The notes under the pieces are model-generated. The model saw only the letters and a list, made by a program, of their open reading frames with translations, had not been told where the DNA came from and ran no database searches. Below are positions 9,186-18,178 of a stretch of 64,000 nucleotides of DNA, one piece after another. Numbering within the stretch: the first letter of the stretch is position 1; every line of letters starts with the position of its first letter. The DNA comes from a virus, in IMG/VR virus record IMGVR_UViG_3300042484_003756, positions 1-64,000 of that record, one strand, 5' to 3'. The position numbers and the translations under genes are program-made.

Positions 9186-10838
9186 ATGGACAAGGGATAT
9201 AAAATCAAAGCTACATACGAAACTCACGATCCTAAAAAAATTCAAGATATTATGGACAAAAAACCATTGGTCGGTGGCAATGGATTACTTAGCATGCTTC
9301 AAGACACTTTGTCAGGTATTGGAGAAGGGGATTCTATGCCAATGTCTTCCCCATTTCATGTTTTAGGTATGGATGATTTCGGAGATGATCCCGTTATTTC
9401 TGCCTTTAAGAATATGGGCGGACCACAACATATTATGAAGATAGTAGCTCTTCCAAAAGAAGAAGCACATCATCATTTGCATAAAGCATTAAATACATTA
9501 AACAACATAAGACTTGCTGAAGAAAGAAATACTCTTCGCTATGCTTATATGGCTATTCAAAATTTTATCAACAAAAACAATGAAGCGGCTAAAATGGAAA
9601 GAGTTGCTTACAAGAATAATAGTCAATCTTCAGGCTATTGGCAAATTGAAGCTATTAAAGCTATTGATAAGCTAAATAAATTTGCTTCTAATAACAAAAT
9701 TAGTAAATTAAACAGTGCAAGAAATATTGTACTTTCAGGCAATAAAGATAAATCCATAAAAGTTGCAAATTTTATGCATAATTGGTACTCAGAAATAACT
9801 CCTAAAGAAAATAGAAGAGTTGCATATACTACTCTTTCAACACAAGCAAATGAACCATATTTGCTGTGTCCTAAAGGAAAATTTCAAGGCTATAAAGCTC
9901 CAGTGCCTATGGAAGTTTCAAAATGTCGTGAAAATTGTATTGACTCAAGAGTTGATAAAGACGGACAAGTAACTTGTGCATATCAAGATTGGTTAAAAGT
10001 CGCATTCCAATCTCATGATGAAGTAATGGCCAGATTAGATGTTCATAAGCATCCTGACAACGAAGCTAATGCTCTTGAACTTAAAGAAGGTGAAAGATCC
10101 AAGAAACTTACCGAAGGTGAGATTGGATTTGAAGCTAGATTTGACAACTCAGATAGAGGCGCAAATAAAATCAGAGGCAAGCAAAATGTCGATGATTCAA
10201 TGGAAAAACAATTGTCAGATGCCAAACAATCAAGCTATGGGCATCAACAAGGTGAAAAACCAGTCATGCGCCCTAAGCAAGCTCAATCTGATTCTTTAAA
10301 AACTATTGATTCTCAACTTCCAAGAAAAGAACAAAAGGGCAGTGAATATCTTGAAGCTTTGTTGAGAAAATTAAATGGTAAAGAATCAGTAGCTGACGAA
10401 GCAATGGAAGAACAACTTGACTCTGATGGACTTTATACTCATCGTGGTGAAATGGAAAAATCTTATGCTGACCAATTAAATGTTAAAAGCAAAGATCCCA
10501 TTAATTACAGAGATGAGTTAAATAAAAATTTCGATGAGCCAAAGAATTCTATTATTCATCAATTAGATAAAACTGCATCAAAGAAAGAACTCAACCAAGA
10601 ACAAATTCTTAACAGCACAAGAAAAAAGAATGTTGTTGATACTCCTAAAGATAATCAATTAGAAGACAAAAGAGAAAACAAGAAGATCAAAGTCAATATT
10701 GAAACTTTATTAAATGATGAAGATGATGACAGTTTTGGTCATCAATTTTCAGATGATGATCTCAAGAAATTTGCTGAAGAACTTGGCTTAGACTACATCA
10801 TGGAATCTAAAAGAGAAGAATACGACGATGTGGTATAA
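9186..10838 (+). CDS. probable internal head protein with Cys cluster and E-x-Q-L repeats
   Basis: CPK..CRENC..C cluster; MEKQL, IDSQL, MEEQL, ADQL, DNQL repeats; RVAY/KQAQ/KTAS motifs. Confidence 0.55.
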   Translation: MDKGYKIKATYETHDPKKIQDIMDKKPLVGGNGLLSMLQDTLSGIGEGDSMPMSSPFHVLGMDDFGDDPVISAFKNMGGPQHIMKIVALPKEEAHHHLHKALNTLNNIRLAEERNTLRYAYMAIQNFINKNNEAAKMERVAYKNNSQSSGYWQIEAIKAIDKLNKFASNNKISKLNSARNIVLSGNKDKSIKVANFMHNWYSEITPKENRRVAYTTLSTQANEPYLLCPKGKFQGYKAPVPMEVSKCRENCIDSRVDKDGQVTCAYQDWLKVAFQSHDEVMARLDVHKHPDNEANALELKEGERSKKLTEGEIGFEARFDNSDRGANKIRGKQNVDDSMEKQLSDAKQSSYGHQQGEKPVMRPKQAQSDSLKTIDSQLPRKEQKGSEYLEALLRKLNGKESVADEAMEEQLDSDGLYTHRGEMEKSYADQLNVKSKDPINYRDELNKNFDEPKNSIIHQLDKTASKKELNQEQILNSTRKKNVVDTPKDNQLEDKRENKKIKVNIETLLNDEDDDSFGHQFSDDDLKKFAEELGLDYIMESKREEYDDVV

Positions 10839-11373
10839 ACAAGTTTTGTCCCAATTTGGCGGTGGTGTCATTAGCCCAGGACAAAATGAGTCAAAAGATA
10901 CGGTAGATAGTCAGTCTGGTTTCGGAATTGATGGCATAAGTGATGTAGATAATCAACCAGCTGGACTCTATGATGAACTTTCTGGAATTCTAGAAAAAAT
11001 GGGTAAGAGTCTAGATGAATATTACCGCATGAATCAAGAACAACAAAAAGAAATCTGGAATCTTTTAGTCGAACGTCCTCATAGAATGAATATGGATAAT
11101 AATGGACAGTATATTATTTCTCCTCAATCTGCATCTACTGAAGCTAGAAGACACTCTCCATTTCATGAGAATCCAGAAGATACACCATTAGAAACTCAAC
11201 TTAGAGGCTCGCAACAAGAAAACAATAACAGAGATCCTCAAAGCATGGCTTCAACTGAAAAAGGAAATAGTTTTCAACATTTCAAGAATGGTGAAGGTTA
11301 TTATCAAGCGTCTAAAGGCAAACAAGATCCAATTCTTTTCGGCAACAAACCTTCTAATCAAACTTGGTATTAA
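10828..11373 (+). CDS. probable internal head protein
   Basis: MWYKQVLSQFGGG N-terminus; LETQL motif; directly upstream of portal. Confidence 0.55.
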   Translation: MWYKQVLSQFGGGVISPGQNESKDTVDSQSGFGIDGISDVDNQPAGLYDELSGILEKMGKSLDEYYRMNQEQQKEIWNLLVERPHRMNMDNNGQYIISPQSASTEARRHSPFHENPEDTPLETQLRGSQQENNNRDPQSMASTEKGNSFQHFKNGEGYYQASKGKQDPILFGNKPSNQTWY

Positions 11374-11393
11374 GTTATATATTTTTAGAACGG

Positions 11394-11399
11394 TATAAT
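11394..11399 (+). promoter_or_regulatory. -10 box of a probable leaderless portal mRNA
   Basis: GGTATAAT 7 nt before ATG 11407; no SD. Confidence 0.5.
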
Positions 11400-11406
11400 A
11401 CATGTT

Positions 11407-13761
11407 ATGGCAAATAGAACATCATTGGCTTCTGCTATTCGAACAGCAGCAACACAAGTATCAGGAGCATCATCACCCACTGCAACTGTAGACAGAAATT
11501 ATGCAAGCAGCAGAATTGGTCTAGGATTAGGTCCAAGCGTAACAAGAACTGCAAGCGTCAATACAGTTACTACAGCTCCTAACTTCTATTCACCATTTCT
11601 TACTCCATCATCTTTTCAAATCCCAAATGCTCGTCGTGAAGTTTATCTTTGGGCAAACTGGTGGAGAAACAATGAGCCAAAAATTGCTGCAGCCATCAAT
11701 TTTTACACTAACTATCCTTTTTCTGGATGGAAGTTAGAGTGTTCTTCTTCTTATGTAAAAGATTATTTTGAAAAGCTAGTAGAATCACTTAATTTTCAAA
11801 AATGGCTACCAGAAATTTCTAAAACATATCACTTGTTAGGTGATTCCTTTGTTCTCCTTTCATTAGATTGTCCACATTGCCATGGTTCTAACTGGGATGA
11901 AGACAAAAATCAAGAATGTCAACATGATGGTGCTACTTGGAAGTCAATTTCTATACTTAATCCTGATTCTGTAATTAAGAGTCCAGGTATGATTGATCAA
12001 CCTGGAAGTTATGCATATCGTCCATCTGCAGAAGAAATTAGAATTGTCAATGAACGACATCCTAAAGAAATTTATGATTCTATTCCTGACAATATTAAAA
12101 AAATGATTGTTCAGGGTAATCCAATTAAACTGAACACTATATCTATTCACCATTTCAAATATGGATCAAATCCTTGGGAAGATTATGGAATTTCTATGAT
12201 CAGACCATTGTTCCCAATTCTGACATACAAAGACAAATTAAGACAAGCTCAATATATGATTGCTGAGCGTCTTATCTTACCAATCAAGGTTGTAAAAATT
12301 GGTAGTGATACAAGACCAGCATCTCAAGAAGATATTGATAATGTCCAAGATGAGTTAGCATCTATTGCTAATGATCCTAACTTAACACTTGTTACTCACC
12401 ACAACTTTGATCTCGAGTGGTATGGAGCTACTGGAAAAATTCATCCTCTTACTGGTGAATTTGAATTAATTGAGCAAGAAATCCTCGATGGTGTTATGTT
12501 GAACAAAGCACTTTTGAATGGTGAGGGACCAACATACGGTAATGCCCAAGTTGGACTTCTTGCAATGGCTCAAAGATTAGAGACATTTAGAAGAGAAGTT
12601 GCACACTGGATTGAACAAAATGTCTTTATGCCAGTTGCAAAATGGAATGGTTTTGTAATCGAAGGTGAAAGAGGACAGGACGAAATAGTCTATCCTAAAA
12701 TCAAATTTGACGATCTTCAATTACGTGATGACACTGGTAAATTGCAAATGCTTGTCACTGCAAATCAAAATGGAGTTATTTCAAATGTTTCTCTTATTGA
12801 AGCTTTTGGTTTAGACTCAGACCAGGAAATTGAAAGATTGAGATTTGAACAAGGTGCAAACTTTGTAAATGATCAAAGCTTTGGCACTCCAAATGTTTCA
12901 TTAAGTTTCCAAAGTGGTGGCGTAACTGGACAAGGCTTTGCGGCTTCGTCTCCAGATATGTCTGGTGCAGGTATGGCTCCTCCACCTGCTGACTTATCTG
13001 TTGGTGGTGGGGCGCCTCCTGCAGCTCCAGCTCCAGCTGGTGCTCCTGCTCCTACTGCAGATGTAATGAACAGATTTTACAAAGTTGCTAGCTCAACCAT
13101 TAATGAAATTTATATGGAAAGAATTGAAGCAAAGAATTCTGGAGTAAGAACTGCAAGCAAGAAAATTAAATCTGCAGCACATGAAGGTTTCTTAAAATCA
13201 CTAACACCAGTAACAGGTAGAGGTTCTTTGGGTCCTTTACCAGATGAATATGATGGATTGTATGGTCAATTACAATCCCCCTTTATTGGTGGAGATAATT
13301 CACATCCATTGAACAACTATGCATTAGAACAAATTCATCAATTCGCTTCTAATGAAAATGAATCAATCAAAAAATACGCAAAAAAGAAAGTAGACATTTC
13401 TCAACAACCTAAAATGTTTACTAATTTGGAAAAGAAACTTTATGGATTGACTATGTCTTTAAATATGCCTTTTCCGCTTTACGCTCAGTATTCTGCTGGT
13501 CCAGCAATGGATTATCAATTAGATGCTGCAATTCCTAATCTTAAGATTGGCATTGAAGCTGATGGTGAAATTTGGCACAATAATCCAGACAAAATCGCTA
13601 AAGACAAGCGTAGAGATTCTGAATTAGCTGCTAATGGTTGGATTATAATTAGATTTACTGACAAAGAAATTAATGATCACCCACAAGATTGTTTGAATGT
13701 TTTAATTAAAGTAATTAAGAAGCGAACAGGTATGGGTGAGGGTAATTCTGAATATCTATAA
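11407..13761 (+). CDS. portal protein with C-terminal DUF559/Vsr-like endonuclease domain
   Basis: portal-like core (EPKIAAAINFY, HHFK..PW.DYGISMIRP, GPTYGNAQVG) between terminase and protease; Pro/Ala linker; C-terminal YQLDAAIPNLKIGIEADGEIWH...DKRRDSELAANGWIIIRF. Confidence 0.8.
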   Translation: MANRTSLASAIRTAATQVSGASSPTATVDRNYASSRIGLGLGPSVTRTASVNTVTTAPNFYSPFLTPSSFQIPNARREVYLWANWWRNNEPKIAAAINFYTNYPFSGWKLECSSSYVKDYFEKLVESLNFQKWLPEISKTYHLLGDSFVLLSLDCPHCHGSNWDEDKNQECQHDGATWKSISILNPDSVIKSPGMIDQPGSYAYRPSAEEIRIVNERHPKEIYDSIPDNIKKMIVQGNPIKLNTISIHHFKYGSNPWEDYGISMIRPLFPILTYKDKLRQAQYMIAERLILPIKVVKIGSDTRPASQEDIDNVQDELASIANDPNLTLVTHHNFDLEWYGATGKIHPLTGEFELIEQEILDGVMLNKALLNGEGPTYGNAQVGLLAMAQRLETFRREVAHWIEQNVFMPVAKWNGFVIEGERGQDEIVYPKIKFDDLQLRDDTGKLQMLVTANQNGVISNVSLIEAFGLDSDQEIERLRFEQGANFVNDQSFGTPNVSLSFQSGGVTGQGFAASSPDMSGAGMAPPPADLSVGGGAPPAAPAPAGAPAPTADVMNRFYKVASSTINEIYMERIEAKNSGVRTASKKIKSAAHEGFLKSLTPVTGRGSLGPLPDEYDGLYGQLQSPFIGGDNSHPLNNYALEQIHQFASNENESIKKYAKKKVDISQQPKMFTNLEKKLYGLTMSLNMPFPLYAQYSAGPAMDYQLDAAIPNLKIGIEADGEIWHNNPDKIAKDKRRDSELAANGWIIIRFTDKEINDHPQDCLNVLIKVIKKRTGMGEGNSEYL

Positions 13762-13788
13762 TTACCAAATCGTTTGTCACTGTACAAT

Positions 13789-13812
13789 AAACCCGTCGAT
13801 TTCGACGGGTTT
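13789..13812 (+). terminator. intrinsic terminator
   Basis: AAACCCGTCG-ATTT-CGACGGGTTT hairpin after portal stop. Confidence 0.75.
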
Positions 13813-13819
13813 AAATTTT

Positions 13820-13846
13820 ACAGGTTTTAATAGGTTGAAAATAGAA
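13820..13846 (+). promoter_or_regulatory. putative phage-type promoter ACAGGT-N16-TAGAA
   Basis: recurrent motif between terminator and protease gene. Confidence 0.5.
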
Positions 13847-13886
13847 GAAATCCTATTGATAACTTCATTTTTTAAGGATTGAATAT

Positions 13887-16800
13887 ATGTACAAGGTTGC
13901 AAAAGGAGGGGCTATTACTATAAATAGCTTCCTCAACGAAAATGACCGAAATATAGCTAGAGATTATATCATAAAGACTGCTTCTTCAAATATGCGAGAA
14001 GCTGCAAAGATTGGTCTTCAATCACTCTATGCTGATCCAAAAGAAGTACTCGAAAAATACAAAGATTTCGACATTGTTAAAGAAATGCAAGCTCGTAAAG
14101 GTGCAAAACTTTTATGGGTAAGAGCTAGAGCAATTGACGCTGATGTCGTAAATGCTAATGGAGACTTGTTTTCAAAAGAAGAACTTCTCAAGGAAGTTGA
14201 AATCAAAGGTCAAAAAATCCCGTCATATAAAACATTTGAAGGTGTGCCAATTTACACAAACCACAAAAATGATGATATTGAACAAGCTAAGGGTATGGTT
14301 GTTTATGCAGAATGGGATGAAAAGGAAGATTGTGTATATTGTACTTTCTTTGTAGATGAAGAAGCTTATCCTGATATTGCTAGAAATATTCGTACTGGTG
14401 TAATTCATGATGTCTCCATGGGTGCAAGTGTTGAATGGGGTGTTTGTTCAATTTGTGGAAATAAAGCATACACTGAAAAAGATTACTGTGAACACCTTAA
14501 AAAGTACAAAGGAAAAACACATCCTGAGTCTGGCAAAAAATCATATGAAAAGAACTACGGCGTAAAGTTTATTGAATTAAGCTGCGTAGGAGATGGTGCT
14601 TTTGAATCTTGTGAAATTCAAGAAATTTATGATGTTGATGATGTTTTAGATGCTGCAATGAATTTAGAAAAGAAAGCAAATGAGCTTTCTTCAAATATTG
14701 TTTTAGCACTTCACGAAACATCATCTATTCCTCAACATAGAGCAGAATACGAAAACTGCCTAAGTGTAGCAAATTTCACAGCGAAAACTGCAGTTAGATT
14801 AGCACAACAAGCTGGAACTCTTGTTGGTGGACCTTTACTGGCTGGAGCAGGAGCGAATCAAAACTCAACCGTTTCTGCAGTATTGACAGCTCTTGGTATT
14901 GATCCAGCATCAGGATTGAATATTCTTGACTTAATCAATTTATCATTAAACTTTTTGGAAGTTGCTGTGATGAATATGTTTGCTAGAAAAGATAATGTTG
15001 ATTTAGGACACGTTGGAAAAATCACTAAATCCATGGCAGAACTTCAATCTACTATGCAAGACATGATTGACGATGGTGTTGACGTTGGTAGTGGGCAAAG
15101 ACCACAACAAATCAATCAACCTCAAAATATGCAACAAGGACAAGCACCACAAGCTTCTCCAATGAATGCCAATATTGGTTTGGCAAATTATGCACCAACT
15201 GAATCTGTAGGAAAAGTGATGGACCTTACACTTCCTGGAGATCAAGACAATCAAGTTGGAGGCGGTGTTGCGTTAGCCTCTAGCGTTCACAATTTGGTGT
15301 GGGCTTCAAGAGATGGCAAGAGAGAAGTTTTTGCTAGCTCTCAAAACAGTTCATCTTCCAATAAAATTTTGAACTTGACTAAAAATATTTTAGATTTAAA
15401 AAATAATTTAAATAACAATTCTCAAGTACAAATAAGTATTGATAGTGTCATTAGAATTGCTAATGAAAGAAGCAAAAATATAAAAACAAATACGCCTTTC
15501 ATGGCGGGGAGCAGAAATCAAATGGATCACTTTGCAAAGATTGCATCAGAGCAAAGAAAAAAACTTGCTGCTGCAGTTACAATCGATTTTAAAGTCGAGG
15601 ATAATGCAGGTAATAGAGTTGTTCTTTCTACTGATGGTTCAATCACAGGTTACACAAATGGAAAAAGAACTGCTTGGGTACCTATCCTTAATGAAAACCA
15701 ACTTGGTTTAATGGAAAACGGACAAGGAACAAGAGTTGCTGCTGAATTACTCAAGGACTATTCACAATTTGTCAAGACTGCTTTACTTGATGTCAAAGAG
15801 AGACTCGATGACAGAGAAAGCCAACTTGATGAAGTAAGAAATGGTGAGTCATATGATAACTTGGCCACTGGTGTCAAGAGCAAGAATACTGGTGTAGATC
15901 AAAACGTTCGTGAATTACAACTCAAATCAAAGCAAACTGGTGCAAGCCAAGATGCTGTAAGAGAAATTCTTCTTGGTGATGCTGGACTTTATGGAAGAAG
16001 AGTAAAAGACGAAGAAGTTTGCAAGTCCTTAACTGAATTGGTAGATGAAGTAACTCATGGTGTTCCTACTGAAGTTTTAGAAAAGCAATTAGCTTGTTGC
16101 CGTGCAGAGGGTAGTGCAAGTGCTCACGAAATTATGGCAGCTACAATTAATGCATTAGGCAAGGCTGTTATTTCTTCACTAGAAACTCCTAAAACAATTG
16201 TTAGAATTGCACAAACATTAACTGAAGAACCAATGCTTCCTGAAATGATTGGAACTGCTGCTGCTGGTACTGATATGGAAGCAGATAAGGCAGAAAAGGC
16301 TGATTTCTTTGGTGGAAATGCTGAGCCAGAAAATTCAGTTTCTGCTGTTATTAAGCAATTAGGCGCTGCTGTAACTTCTGAAATTACTGCTCAAGATCTT
16401 GCTGATGCACTTTCAGTTGCAGTTGAAGAAGGCGAAATGACCAAAGAAGGCGTTTCAAGAATTGCTGAACTTCTTATGGGTCAAGCATCTGTTCCTGAAG
16501 AAGGATTAGATGTTGAAACTGCACCTTCAAAAAATGAAGAGTTAAAGTCTGCACTTATGTCAGCCTTAGATTCTGATGCTGATCTTATTTCTAAAGACGA
16601 TCTGAAGTCTGCAATTTCTGCAATGGCAATGTCTTCAAAAGAAACCGGGACAACTCCTGATGAAGTAGTTGACTCTGTTGAAGCAATGCCTGAAAAACAA
16701 TTAATGGCTGCTATTGATAGAGCCAAAACTGCTACAGCTACTGACGGAAGATTGAGAGCTAGGGCTAGAAGAGAGTTTTGGGGTGTTAAGACTGCTTCTA

Positions 16801-18026
16801 CAAAAAACATTTCTGATAATGTTATCGGATGGTTGGCAGACTATTCCACAAATTTTGGTATTAGCACTAGAAGAATTGCCAAGGCTGCAAAAAGACTCTG
16901 TGAAGAATTTGAAGTTGCAGAAAAGTTAGTTGCCAAAGCGGTTGCTGCAGCTGAAAGAACTGCTGGAATGACTGTTACTCAAAGTAAGTCAGAATGCATC
17001 AGATTTATTTGCAGAGCTGAAGATTTAGATGGTATGCAACCTGGTGATTCCAATTTCGATGATTCATTCAAACAAAAAGCAATTGAAGTTCTTCAAGGAC
17101 ATGGATTCCAAGTTGATCCAGGAACATTCTCTTTCACAGACTTGATTGTTTCAGAAAATGGTGATGTTACTGCTACAGTTTCGACATCTACATCAAAAGC
17201 ATTCAAAGCTGACGAACTAGAAGGTGAACTTCAAGCTGAAGAACCAGCTGAAATGCCTGTAGTAATGACTGAAGGTGCAAGAATAGCTAGAAAGAACAGA
17301 AGAGACAATATTTTAGCTAAATACGCACAAGCTGCACCTGGCATGGGCGCTCCTGCTCCTGTTGGTCCAGCTGCTGGTCCTGTTGATCCAGGTTTAGGTG
17401 CTGGTCCAGCTGCTGCAGGTGGTGATTTAGGAATTTCATCACTTACTGGTGGTCCAGACATGAACGAAGCTGGTGATATGGACGCAATGTCTGAACCAGG
17501 TGAAAAGAAACCGTGGGGATCTGTCTGCCCAGTTTGTGGTGCAGATGATGTAAACATTTCTGAATCAAATGCTGACTGCCAAAGCTGTGGTACTACATAC
17601 AAGATCCTTCAACAAATTGAATTAATTTCAATGGGTGACAAGGGCAAATCTTCACCAGAAGAAGAACCTATGGGACTTGGTCCAGACACTGGGTTAGGTA
17701 TGGCAACTGCACCTACAGAAATGCCTGCTGCTAATCCTGCAGCTCCAGGTATGGGACCAGTAGCATCTGATATCAAAACAATGATCAGATTATCAGCTAC
17801 AGTTGATTCTGACGTGTATTTGAAAACTGCATTACCAACCTTTGATAGAACAAAAGAATCAATGCTTCCTGTCGGTATGGTTTGTCCATCTTGCGGAGAT
17901 AGACAAGCTCATAAAGTCAAAAGTAATACATTCTGCTACAAATGTGGAAATTATTCAAGAACCACAGTACAAGCTTCTAAGAAGGATCCATCAAAACTTG
18001 ATGTATCAATTACTTGGATTGATTAG
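13887..18026 (+). CDS. prohead (capsid maturation) protease polyprotein with long helical region and C-terminal Zn ribbons
   Basis: NANGDLF, YTNH, VSMG, CSICG..CEH and ELSCV..GA motifs typical of HK97/herpes-clan phage proteases; lies between portal and capsid genes; CPVC/CQSC and CPSC/CYKC at C-terminus. Confidence 0.8.
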   Translation: MYKVAKGGAITINSFLNENDRNIARDYIIKTASSNMREAAKIGLQSLYADPKEVLEKYKDFDIVKEMQARKGAKLLWVRARAIDADVVNANGDLFSKEELLKEVEIKGQKIPSYKTFEGVPIYTNHKNDDIEQAKGMVVYAEWDEKEDCVYCTFFVDEEAYPDIARNIRTGVIHDVSMGASVEWGVCSICGNKAYTEKDYCEHLKKYKGKTHPESGKKSYEKNYGVKFIELSCVGDGAFESCEIQEIYDVDDVLDAAMNLEKKANELSSNIVLALHETSSIPQHRAEYENCLSVANFTAKTAVRLAQQAGTLVGGPLLAGAGANQNSTVSAVLTALGIDPASGLNILDLINLSLNFLEVAVMNMFARKDNVDLGHVGKITKSMAELQSTMQDMIDDGVDVGSGQRPQQINQPQNMQQGQAPQASPMNANIGLANYAPTESVGKVMDLTLPGDQDNQVGGGVALASSVHNLVWASRDGKREVFASSQNSSSSNKILNLTKNILDLKNNLNNNSQVQISIDSVIRIANERSKNIKTNTPFMAGSRNQMDHFAKIASEQRKKLAAAVTIDFKVEDNAGNRVVLSTDGSITGYTNGKRTAWVPILNENQLGLMENGQGTRVAAELLKDYSQFVKTALLDVKERLDDRESQLDEVRNGESYDNLATGVKSKNTGVDQNVRELQLKSKQTGASQDAVREILLGDAGLYGRRVKDEEVCKSLTELVDEVTHGVPTEVLEKQLACCRAEGSASAHEIMAATINALGKAVISSLETPKTIVRIAQTLTEEPMLPEMIGTAAAGTDMEADKAEKADFFGGNAEPENSVSAVIKQLGAAVTSEITAQDLADALSVAVEEGEMTKEGVSRIAELLMGQASVPEEGLDVETAPSKNEELKSALMSALDSDADLISKDDLKSAISAMAMSSKETGTTPDEVVDSVEAMPEKQLMAAIDRAKTATATDGRLRARARREFWGVKTASTKNISDNVIGWLADYSTNFGISTRRIAKAAKRLCEEFEVAEKLVAKAVAAAERTAGMTVTQSKSECIRFICRAEDLDGMQPGDSNFDDSFKQKAIEVLQGHGFQVDPGTFSFTDLIVSENGDVTATVSTSTSKAFKADELEGELQAEEPAEMPVVMTEGARIARKNRRDNILAKYAQAAPGMGAPAPVGPAAGPVDPGLGAGPAAAGGDLGISSLTGGPDMNEAGDMDAMSEPGEKKPWGSVCPVCGADDVNISESNADCQSCGTTYKILQQIELISMGDKGKSSPEEEPMGLGPDTGLGMATAPTEMPAANPAAPGMGPVASDIKTMIRLSATVDSDVYLKTALPTFDRTKESMLPVGMVCPSCGDRQAHKVKSNTFCYKCGNYSRTTVQASKKDPSKLDVSITWID

Positions 18027-18031
18027 TATGC

Positions 18032-18064
18032 ATATTAGTGAGGGATTTATTCCCTCACTAATAT
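18032..18064 (+). terminator. stem-loop after protease gene
   Basis: ATATTAGTGAGGGA-TTTAT-TCCCTCACTAATAT perfect 14-bp inverted repeat. Confidence 0.7.
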
Positions 18065-18071
18065 CTTAAAA

Positions 18072-18098
18072 AAAGGTGTAAAAACAATTTATCTAGAA
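18072..18098 (+). promoter_or_regulatory. putative phage-type promoter AAAGGT-N16-TAGAA for scaffold-decoration-capsid operon
   Basis: best match to the recurrent motif. Confidence 0.55.
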
Positions 18099-18178
18099 AT
18101 TAAAAAAAAGTTAACAAATAACTATTTTATAGATTCTTTGATAAAAGATTTTATTTTATTAAGGGAAGCAGCATAAAA

